Assembly (NCBI GenBank): GCA_964565265.1
Contig: CAZMEC010000001.1
Coordinates: 1 to 53,299 of the forward strand
Direction of reading: 5' to 3'
Length of the DNA: 53,299 bases
Source of the DNA: an uncultured Myxococcales bacterium
Lineage (GTDB): Bacteria; Myxococcota_A; UBA9042; CAIXZC01
Shown here: in pieces, positions 8,814-16,048 of the stretch
How the letters are laid out: each line of letters starts with the position of its first letter
How positions within the stretch are numbered: position 1 is the stretch's first letter
Made by a program: the position numbers and the translations under genes
Notes under the pieces: generated by a model
The model's database searches: none
Seen by the model: the letters and a program-made list of their open reading frames with translations, nothing else
What the model was told of the DNA's origin: nothing

Positions 8814-9698
8814 TTAGTTCCTCCCCTTGGTATAGTCCGTAAGCAGTTCCACAACTTCGTTCCCGATGCGGGCCAGGTTCTCTTTGGTGCTGGCGCCCAG
8901 GTGCGGCATCATGACCACCTTGGGATTCTTCAGCAGCGGATAGTCCGGGGGCGGCGGGTCGGAGGGCCACACATCGGTGGCGTAGGCGGCCACCTTGCCC
9001 TCGGTCAGGGCGGCATCCATGTCCTTGGCGTTCACCACATCACCGCGGCCGGTGTTGATGACCACCACACCCTTCTTGGCCACCGCCAGCAGGTCCGCGT
9101 TGACCATGCCCACGGTCTCGGGGGTCTTGGGGGTGTGGATGGAGATGTAGTCGGCCTTCGCCACGCCTTCCTTGAGGTCCTTGACCAGGGTGGCGGGGGT
9201 GGCATCGGTCTTGTAGGGGTCGTAGGCCAGGACGGTCATGCCAAAGGCCGCGGCGCGCTTGGCCACTTCCATGGCGATGTTGCCGGCGCCCAGGAGGCAC
9301 AGCGTCTTGCCAAACAGCTCGGTGCGCTTGAGTTCAGCTTTCAGGAACTCGCCGCGGAGCATGCCGTTGTGACCTTCGATGAGCTTGTTGGGCACGGCCA
9401 GCATGAGGGCGAAGGCCAATTCGGCCACCGCGATGGCCGAGGCCTTGGGGGTGTTCTTCACCAGGATGCCCTTGGTCTTGGCGTAGGGCACATCGATGGT
9501 GTCCACGCCCACGCCGCCGCGGATCACGAAGCGCAGCTTGGGCGCCTTGTCCATGAGCTCCGGGGTGACCTTGGTCTTGGCCCGGACGATGAGGACCTCC
9601 GCCTCGCCAATCCGGCCAAGGTCGTCGGTGACCTCGCCAAAGGCGGCCATCTTCTGGGGAAACTGGCTGTCGAATGCGTCTGCTACGAGGATAAGCAT
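8814..9698 (-). CDS. serA: D-3-phosphoglycerate dehydrogenase-type enzyme (D-isomer 2-hydroxyacid dehydrogenase, short form without ACT domain)
   Basis: NAD-binding GLLGAGNIAMEVAKRA and catalytic-region NTGRG..V and HLGAST motifs. The stop lies 2 nt before the serC start. Confidence 0.7.
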   Translation of the reverse strand: MLILVADAFDSQFPQKMAAFGEVTDDLGRIGEAEVLIVRAKTKVTPELMDKAPKLRFVIRGGVGVDTIDVPYAKTKGILVKNTPKASAIAVAELAFALMLAVPNKLIEGHNGMLRGEFLKAELKRTELFGKTLCLLGAGNIAMEVAKRAAAFGMTVLAYDPYKTDATPATLVKDLKEGVAKADYISIHTPKTPETVGMVNADLLAVAKKGVVVINTGRGDVVNAKDMDAALTEGKVAAYATDVWPSDPPPPDYPLLKNPKVVMMPHLGASTKENLARIGNEVVELLTDYTKGRN

Positions 9699-9708
9699 GT
9701 TGGACTCC

Positions 9709-10950
9709 TTATTTGTCAGCCAGGCTTCGCAGGACGATCCCTGACGATAGCTTGGGCTCGAACCAGGTTGACTTGGGGGGCATGATCTGCCCCGCATCAG
9801 CGATGCTTTCAAGCTGCTGGATGCTGGTGGGGTACATGCTGAAGGCGACCTTCATGTCAGCGGCGCAGCGTTTTTCAAGTTCGGCGGTGCCGCGGATGCC
9901 GCCCACGAAGTCGATGCGCTTGTCGGTGCGGGGGTCCTTGATGGCCAGCAGGGGGTCCAGCAGGTTGTTCTGCAGGATGGAGACATCCAGGGACAGCACC
10001 GGATCGGCGGCGGGGAAGGTGCCGGGGCGGGCCTCAAGCTCGTACCACTGGCCTTCCAGATACATGCCGAAGTGCAGGGCCTTGGTGGGCGCCTTCTGGC
10101 TGGTGGGACGCAGGACGAACTTCTCCTCGACCTTCTTGAGGAAGTCCGCAGGGCTGTGACCATTCAGATCCTTGACCACCCGGTTGTACGGCAGGATGTG
10201 GAGTTGGTTGTCCGGGAAGACCACGGCCAGCACATGGTTGTAGGCTTCGTTGCCCGTGTGGTTTGGGTTCTTTGCCCGCAGGATGTCCCGGACCCGATAG
10301 CCCGAGGCCGAGCGGTGATGGCCGTCCGCAATGTACATGGCCTCGATGCCCTTGAAGGCCTGCTGAATGCGGGCAATCAGGGCGTCGTCCGAGACCACCC
10401 AGAAGCGATGCCGGACCTGATCGTGGGCCACAAAGTCGAAGACCGGGGCGCCGGGTGTGGCTTCATCCAGGAGGGCGTCCACCGCCGGCCGATGCTTGTA
10501 GCACAGGAACACCAGCCCGGAGTTTGCCAGGAGGGCCTCCACATGCCGGGTGCGGTCGTCCTCCTTGTCCTTGCGGGTCAGTTCGTGCTTTTTGATCAGG
10601 TTCTTTTCGTACTCGTCCACAGAGGCCCCGACCACGAAGCCCTTTTGGATGTGGCCGCCCATGGTCTGCTCATAAATGTAAAAGCAGGGCTTGGGGTCCT
10701 GCTTCAGCAGCCCCTGGTCCACAAGCTTCCTGAGGTTCTCGGCGGCCTTGGCGTAGACCGCCGGGTCGTAAAGATTGAAGCCCTTGGGAAAGTCGATTTC
10801 AGCCTTGTCCACATGCAGAAAGGAAATGGGGTTTCCTTCAGCCAGGGCACGGGCCTCTTCGGTGTTGATCACATCATAGGGGGGGCAGGCGATCTTCGCC
10901 GCATGCTCGGGCACCGGACGGATGCCTCGGAAGGGCCGGATGTCAGACAT
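9709..10950 (-). CDS. DUF1015 family protein
   Basis: The N-terminus MSDIRPFRGIRPVPEHAAKIACPPYDVINTEEAR is the characteristic DUF1015 start. IADGHHR motif present. The family is commonly adjacent to serA/serC. Confidence 0.75.
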   Translation of the reverse strand: MSDIRPFRGIRPVPEHAAKIACPPYDVINTEEARALAEGNPISFLHVDKAEIDFPKGFNLYDPAVYAKAAENLRKLVDQGLLKQDPKPCFYIYEQTMGGHIQKGFVVGASVDEYEKNLIKKHELTRKDKEDDRTRHVEALLANSGLVFLCYKHRPAVDALLDEATPGAPVFDFVAHDQVRHRFWVVSDDALIARIQQAFKGIEAMYIADGHHRSASGYRVRDILRAKNPNHTGNEAYNHVLAVVFPDNQLHILPYNRVVKDLNGHSPADFLKKVEEKFVLRPTSQKAPTKALHFGMYLEGQWYELEARPGTFPAADPVLSLDVSILQNNLLDPLLAIKDPRTDKRIDFVGGIRGTAELEKRCAADMKVAFSMYPTSIQQLESIADAGQIMPPKSTWFEPKLSSGIVLRSLADK

Positions 10951-11042
10951 GGTGCTAAGTCCTCCGTGTGGAAACACCAGTGGCCTTGCTTTTGGCACAA
11001 GCGCTAGGCGATTTCAAGGGTTTTCGGGGGGAGCGGGGGGGA

Positions 11043-11534
11043 TCAGAAGGACAGGCCGAAGGCGATCTCGGGGTAGTTGATCCAGTCCTTCTCGTAGGAG
11101 CCCTTGAGGTATTTCTCGGCGGCCCAGCCAAAGGTCAGGTAGAGGCCCCGGCCCGACAGCCAGGCGGCGCCGCCCCGGAAGCCGTAGGACTGGAGATCCT
11201 CGTAGGGGCTGTCCACAAAGGCGTGGCTGAAGAAGGTGCCCACATAGGGAAAGAGGCTGAAGCCCAGGTCCAGCCAGTAGCGGGCCTGGGGGCTCAAGGT
11301 GAAGCGGCCAGGTTCAATGCCGGTCCAGTAGTCCGAGTCCAGTCCAAGTTCCAGGCCGTCCAGGATCATGTAGCCTATGCCGCCACCAATCACGATGCCC
11401 GTGTCAGTGCCGCTGGACACCGTCCCGCCGCCGATGGACAGATGGATCTTGCCCTGCTCAAAGGGCGTGGCGTTTGCAGCCAGGGGGGCAAGCAAGACCA
11501 GGGCAAGGGTCAGGATGGCGAGTCTGAACTTCAT
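11043..11534 (-). CDS. Small outer-membrane beta-barrel protein
   Basis: Signal peptide MKFRLAILTLALVLLAPLAANA. Alternating Gly/aromatic strands. C-terminal ...EIAFGLSF ends in Phe as in OMPs. Confidence 0.65.
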   Translation of the reverse strand: MKFRLAILTLALVLLAPLAANATPFEQGKIHLSIGGGTVSSGTDTGIVIGGGIGYMILDGLELGLDSDYWTGIEPGRFTLSPQARYWLDLGFSLFPYVGTFFSHAFVDSPYEDLQSYGFRGGAAWLSGRGLYLTFGWAAEKYLKGSYEKDWINYPEIAFGLSF

Positions 11535-11588
11535 GGAGGACCTCCTTTGGGGAACCTTTGTTGCCAAGAATGCGGCAATCCTAGGACA

Positions 11589-11659
11589 TCCGAACCCCGA
11601 CGGCAAGAGACGGCGTTGCGCGTCCGTCCGAACCCCGACCGCCAGGGAGGGGGTTGTTC
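11589..11659. repeat. Two adjacent copies of repeat family A in a divergent intergenic region
   Basis: TCCGAACCCCGACGGCAAGAGACGGCG... at 11589-11626 and TCCGAACCCCGACCGCCAGGGAGGGGGTTGTTC at 11627-11659. Confidence 0.8.
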
Positions 11660-11734
11660 TGCGGAGCGTTCTGGCATCCGTCGCGCTTGCAACGCCGCCG
11701 GTTTTGTCGGATCGTTCCGCCGTTGGAGGTGCCC

Positions 11735-12640
11735 ATGGATTCCCGAATCCTCTTTGTCTTTGGTTTGGCCCTGGCGGTGGGTTCCTGCGTTGAATCCCGC
11801 TGCTATGAGGACAGCGACTGCCCGTCTCCCAAGGTCTGCGGGGCCTCCGGGTCCTGTGGCTATCAATGCAGTCTGGACGCCGACTGCGGTGACGGCTTTG
11901 AGTGCCTGCTGCATGTCTGCAAGGTGAAGTCCGTGGGACCCATCGTCTGCCCGGACGACATGGTCGCCGTGGCCCAGGCCTACTGCCTGGATCGTTACGA
12001 GGCTTCGCGTCCTGACGCCGGCCCTGCCACAGCGGGCCTGGAAAGTGGGGCCGCCCGCAGCGTGGCCGGGGTCATCCCCTGGCGGGTCCAGGACAACGCT
12101 GAGGCTGCCGCCGCCTGTGAGGCTGCGGGCAAGCGCCTCTGCACCCCGGAGGAGTGGCGCCTGGGCTGCAAGGGCCCCGACGGCACCGAGTATGCCTACG
12201 GCGACAACTACGAGGCGACCACCTGCAACGGCATCAATGCCTTTGGCGAGGGGGCCTTCCATCTTGCGCCCACGGGCAGTTTTCCTGACTGCACCAACGA
12301 GTGGGGCGTCCTGGATATGAACGGCAATGTCTGGGAGCATGTGGCCGGCGGCGACGCCACCCAGGTCCGTGGCGGGGCCTACAACTGTGGCGACAGCGTC
12401 GCCTATCATCGTTGCGATTACATCCCGGGCAACTGGAACCCCAGCGCCCTGGGCTTCCGCTGCTGCCTGACCCCCGACACCAACACCCCCACACCCCCCA
12501 CCCCCCCCCCCACCACCCCCCCCCCCCACACCCCCCCCCCCCCCCCCCCCCCCCCCCAACACCCCCGACACCAGCACCCCCGACACCAACACCCCCGACA
12601 CCAACACCGACACCGGTGGCGGCTGCCTCTCTGGTGTTGA
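11735..12640 (+). CDS. Lipoprotein with FGE-sulfatase (SUMF1/EgtB/PvdO-like) domain and Pro/Thr-rich tail
   Basis: GGAGGTG then ATG 11735. Lipobox LAVGSC. CLDRYEASRPDA...GKRLCTPEEW...GVLDMNGNVWEHV...GGAYN...ALGFRCC is the FGE-fold signature. The 3' end is uncertain because of the poly-C tract (see findings). Confidence 0.75.
   Translation: MDSRILFVFGLALAVGSCVESRCYEDSDCPSPKVCGASGSCGYQCSLDADCGDGFECLLHVCKVKSVGPIVCPDDMVAVAQAYCLDRYEASRPDAGPATAGLESGAARSVAGVIPWRVQDNAEAAAACEAAGKRLCTPEEWRLGCKGPDGTEYAYGDNYEATTCNGINAFGEGAFHLAPTGSFPDCTNEWGVLDMNGNVWEHVAGGDATQVRGGAYNCGDSVAYHRCDYIPGNWNPSALGFRCCLTPDTNTPTPPTPPPTTPPPHTPPPPPPPPQHPRHQHPRHQHPRHQHRHRWRLPLWC
12494..12614 (+). repeat. C-rich low-complexity tract: poly-C runs of 11, 12 and 27 nt followed by 15-bp repeats (ACCCCCGACACCAAC x3.6)
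   Basis: Direct reading gives C runs at 12501-12511, 12516-12527 and 12531-12557. 15-mers start at 12561, 12576 and 12591, with a partial unit at 12606. Confidence 0.95.
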
Positions 12641-12658
12641 CACCCTCTAGGAGGCCCC

Positions 12659-14131
12659 ATGCGCTGCACCGCCCTCCTGCTGTTCCTGCTGCTGGTGCGC
12701 CCCCTGGCGGCCCAGTCCGTGGCTGAGGCCAAGGCCGCCCTGCAGGCCCAGCCCCAGTCACTGGAACTGTCCCTGCAACTGGCCCGGGCCTATGTTCAGG
12801 AGGCCAACGAGCTTTGGGCTCTGCGCACCCTTGGCAAGCTTGCCCAGTCCCATCCTGACACCTGTCAGCCGCGCCTGTGGCTTGCCTGGGTGCAGCTTCG
12901 CCAGGGAGGCCTCGGGGATGCCCAGGCCACCCTGGGCCAGGGTTGCCCCGCCGGTCCCGAGGAGGCCCGCCGGCTGCTGCTCTTGGCCATGGTCTTTCAA
13001 GGCCTGAACAGTCCCAGCGAGGCCCGGACGGCGGTCCAGTCCGCCCGCCGCCAGTCCGCCCTCTTTCCCGAGGATCGCCAGGCCCTGCTGGACCTCCAGC
13101 CCCGGGCAGACGCTGGTTACCTGTATCCCGTTTCGGGCCGCCTGGAGTTGGTGGGCGGCTACAGCAGCAACGCCTCCGCCGGTTCCCCCACGGAGGCCGC
13201 CTCCCGGGGCGACCAGGGCAGCCCCCTGGCCCAGGCCAATGCCCTGCTGCGCTTCGTGGCCCCCACGGGGCGCCTGGCCCGACCCATACTGGACCTGGAG
13301 CTTCGCAGCCTGGGCTTCTCCGACCCCGTGGGGCAAGAGCTCTCCTACCTGCTGTTCAGCCCCCGCCCCGGGGTTCACTTCGGGGATGCTGGCGTGACGG
13401 GCCTGCTGGCCTACCGCTTCGAGGGGCTGGTCCTGGCCGGGGGCGACCGCTACGGCCAGGGGCCCCTGCTGTTCTACAACGGCCATCGGGTGGAGGGCGA
13501 ACTCAACCCCCTGCCTGGCCTCACGCTCTTTTCCGGCGTCGGCCGTCGCCTCTTCCGCAACACCGCCCGCACCCGCGACGAGGTGGACGGGGGCCTTGGG
13601 GGTGGCCTCCCATTGGCCCGGAACCTGCGCCTCCTTGGGGCCCTCACGGGCCGCTACCACAGCGCCAGCCACAGCGCCTGGAACCTCCACGGGGGTTCCC
13701 TGCTGCTGTCCAGCGAGTACCGCCTGCCTCGAGCCTTCAGTGTTCGCCTCGGCCTGCTGGGTTCCTGGGACCGCTACCCCGACTCCCGGGGTTACTTTGA
13801 CCCGGCCCATCCCGCCCGCTCCCGGGAGGACCTCCTGGGGCGCCTCTCCCTGAGCCTGTTTTCGCCCGTGTGGCAGGGCCTCAAGGGCGGCCTTACCTGG
13901 GAGTATGGCCGCCGGGACAGCAGCGCCGACCCCTACGACTACCAGGAGCAGCGCCTGCTGGCGCGGCTCATCTGGGCTTTCCAGGCGGACCCCTTCCTGC
14001 CCCCGGAGCGCAGCCCCAAGGGCCATGTGCGCCTGCCCTTCGAGGCCGGCGGCGCCGCCTTTGAAGAGCGCATCCAGGATCTGCTGCGGCAGGACGAGGC
14101 CGTCCAAAGGAGTTCCTCATGCGTGGAATGA
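12659..14131 (+). CDS. Secreted TPR-containing protein, possible outer-membrane beta-barrel
   Basis: GGAGG at 12650-12654 then ATG 12659. Signal peptide MRCTALLLFLLLVRPLAAQ. N-terminal TPR-like helices. The C-terminal two-thirds are rich in short Gly/Tyr/Arg strands. The antisense ORF is Ala/Gly junk. Confidence 0.6.
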   Translation: MRCTALLLFLLLVRPLAAQSVAEAKAALQAQPQSLELSLQLARAYVQEANELWALRTLGKLAQSHPDTCQPRLWLAWVQLRQGGLGDAQATLGQGCPAGPEEARRLLLLAMVFQGLNSPSEARTAVQSARRQSALFPEDRQALLDLQPRADAGYLYPVSGRLELVGGYSSNASAGSPTEAASRGDQGSPLAQANALLRFVAPTGRLARPILDLELRSLGFSDPVGQELSYLLFSPRPGVHFGDAGVTGLLAYRFEGLVLAGGDRYGQGPLLFYNGHRVEGELNPLPGLTLFSGVGRRLFRNTARTRDEVDGGLGGGLPLARNLRLLGALTGRYHSASHSAWNLHGGSLLLSSEYRLPRAFSVRLGLLGSWDRYPDSRGYFDPAHPARSREDLLGRLSLSLFSPVWQGLKGGLTWEYGRRDSSADPYDYQEQRLLARLIWAFQADPFLPPERSPKGHVRLPFEAGGAAFEERIQDLLRQDEAVQRSSSCVE

Positions 14132-14649
14132 TCTCCTGGCTTGAAGGTCTGCCCGAGCCACCCTGGCAGCGGTGGCCGAGGGTGCTTCGGGATGGGGTGC
14201 TGGTGGTGGCCCTGTCCCTGCTTGGGGCCGCAGGGCTGAACCTGCTGCGCTCCGAGCCCCTGCCCTGGTACCAGACCGAGCCACATCAGATCATGGTGCC
14301 CTGCCCCGAGACCCTGGGGGAGGCCCGGGCGGTGCCTCCCGGCGAACTGCCCCAGGATGATCCCCGCCTGCTGCTGCTGGACGCGCGGCCCCAGACCGAG
14401 TTCGACGCCTGGCACCCCGAGGGCGCCATCCTGGCCACCTACGACTGGCTGGAGCCCGTGTCCCCCCAGTTGATCAAGAACGCCGCCGCCTCGGGGGCCC
14501 GGGAGGTGGTGGTGCTCGGGGACGGAGGGGACCCCGACTGCGGCGAAATGCTGGCCCGAGAACTGGCCGGCAAGGGCCTCAAGAATGTGGGTTTTGTCCA
14601 AGGCGGCGCCTCGGCCCTCCGGGCAGCCTGGGAAGGAGGTGCCCCATGA
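14119..14649 (+). CDS. Membrane-anchored rhodanese-like domain protein
   Basis: N-terminal TM segment (VLVVALSLLGAAGL). Rhodanese-like LLLDARPQTEFDAWHPEGA...VVVLGDGGDPDCGEMLARELAGKGLKNVGFVQGG. Overlaps the upstream gene by 13 nt. Confidence 0.7.
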   Translation: MRGMISWLEGLPEPPWQRWPRVLRDGVLVVALSLLGAAGLNLLRSEPLPWYQTEPHQIMVPCPETLGEARAVPPGELPQDDPRLLLLDARPQTEFDAWHPEGAILATYDWLEPVSPQLIKNAAASGAREVVVLGDGGDPDCGEMLARELAGKGLKNVGFVQGGASALRAAWEGGAP

Positions 14650-15134
14650 TGAAGCGCCTCTTCCTGCACCCGGCCTGGTCCTTTGTGGCCCTGCCCGCCC
14701 GCCTCTACCTGGCCTTTGTCTTCCTGCTGGCCTGCTGGCACAAGCTGCTGCATCCGGCGTCCTTCGCGCTGGACATCGCCACCTATCAGATTCTGCCCAC
14801 GGTGTTGGTGAACCCCATGGCCCTTCTCCTGCCCTGGGTGGAGTTGCTGGCGGGCCTCATGCTGCTGCTGGCGTTTCGTACCCGTGCGGCGGCGCTGCTG
14901 GTCGCCGGGATGATGTTCATGTTCACCGTGGCCATCACCATCGCGGTGGCCCGGGGCCTGGAGATGTCCTGCGGCTGCTTCGCCTCCGAGGGCCTGGCCG
15001 CGGACCCCATCTCCTGGCTCACCGTGCTGCGGGACCTGGGCTGGCTTGGCCTGGCCCTCTTTGTGCTGGTCTTTGACCACCGCCCCCTTGGCCTGGATAC
15101 CTGGTTGGCCTCTAGAAAAAGGAGTTGCCCGTGA
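14646..15134 (+). CDS. MauE/DoxX-family membrane protein
   Basis: Four hydrophobic helices. ARLYLAFVFLLACWHKLLHPASFALDIATYQILP and SCGCF are typical of MauE. ATGA overlap with the rhodanese gene. Confidence 0.7.
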   Translation: MMKRLFLHPAWSFVALPARLYLAFVFLLACWHKLLHPASFALDIATYQILPTVLVNPMALLLPWVELLAGLMLLLAFRTRAAALLVAGMMFMFTVAITIAVARGLEMSCGCFASEGLAADPISWLTVLRDLGWLGLALFVLVFDHRPLGLDTWLASRKRSCP

Positions 15135-15979
15135 CCGCTGCCCGTACTTGCACCTGGTGCCTTTCCCTCCTCGCGCTCCTCACCTTTGCCGCCCCCCTAG
15201 GTGCCCAGGAGTCGGCCTTCGACTGCCGAGGTCTCAGTGCCGCCCAGGAGGCCCAGAAGGCCACCCTCTTCCAGACCCTCCACCCCTACGATGTCTGCGA
15301 CGGGACCTTCGCCCAGTGCCTCGCCGCCAGCCCCGTCGAGCCCCTGGTCAAGCGCCACGCCGCGGACCTTTGCCGGCTGCTGAAGGAGGGCAAGGAGAGC
15401 GCCGAGATCCAGCGCCTCTATTCCAAGCGCGCCCTGACCATGCTGCCCGGCGGCCCTCGGGTGGACATCCCGGTGGAGCCCGTGACGCTGGCTGGCGACC
15501 CCCAGGCCCCCGTCACCGTGGCGGTGTATGCCTGCGTGCGCTGTCCCTTTTGTAGCGTGATGCTGCCTCTGCTGCACAAAGAGGTCACCGAGGGCAGCCT
15601 CAAAGGGCGGGTGAAGCTGCACTACCGCTCCTTCCCCTTGAAGGACCACGCGGGCTCGGCGGAGGGTGGCCTGGCGGTGCTGGCTGCGGGGCGGCAGGGC
15701 AAGTTCTGGCCCATGCTGCTCAAGCTCTACGCCGACTTTGCGGTGTTCAAGGTGGAGGACCTGCCCGGGGCGGCTGCGACGCTGGGCCTGGACGGCGCCC
15801 GCTTCCAGGCGGACCTGGCCTCGGAGGAGACCAAGAAGCTGCTGGTGGCCACCAAGCAGGAGGGCTTCCGCAACAAGGTCGCCTCCACACCAACCCTCTT
15901 CATCGACGGTCGCCGCTACCAGTACGAGAACCGCTTCGATGTGGTGCTGGATGTCCTTCAGGAGGCCGCGGGCCTTTAG
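15131..15979 (+). CDS. DsbA-like thioredoxin-fold oxidoreductase (CPFC active site)
   Basis: GTG 15131 lies 7 nt after AGGAG and forms a GTGA overlap with the MauE stop. Signal peptide present. VAVYACVRCPFCSVMLP carries the CxxC motif. C-terminal ...STPTLFIDGRRY is DsbA-like. Confidence 0.7.
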   Translation: MTAARTCTWCLSLLALLTFAAPLGAQESAFDCRGLSAAQEAQKATLFQTLHPYDVCDGTFAQCLAASPVEPLVKRHAADLCRLLKEGKESAEIQRLYSKRALTMLPGGPRVDIPVEPVTLAGDPQAPVTVAVYACVRCPFCSVMLPLLHKEVTEGSLKGRVKLHYRSFPLKDHAGSAEGGLAVLAAGRQGKFWPMLLKLYADFAVFKVEDLPGAAATLGLDGARFQADLASEETKKLLVATKQEGFRNKVASTPTLFIDGRRYQYENRFDVVLDVLQEAAGL

Positions 15980-16048
15980 GGCGCCTGGGTCCTGCTGAGG
16001 TCGAAGTCACCGAAAAAATCTGCAGGCATTTTCGCCCCAAGAAATGGG

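Noticed and set aside
11531-12643. 370-aa minus-strand ORF including a poly-Gly run
   Set aside because: Reverse translation of the poly-C tract and the FGE-like gene. It overlaps a well-supported plus-strand CDS.
12758-14107. 449-aa ORF on the minus strand opposite the TPR/barrel gene
   Set aside because: Ala/Gly/Gln low-complexity product. The plus-strand ORF has an RBS, a signal peptide and coupling to the downstream genes.
15980-16048. Bidirectional terminator between convergent genes
   Set aside because: I could not find a convincing GC-rich stem followed by a T-run in the 69-nt gap.
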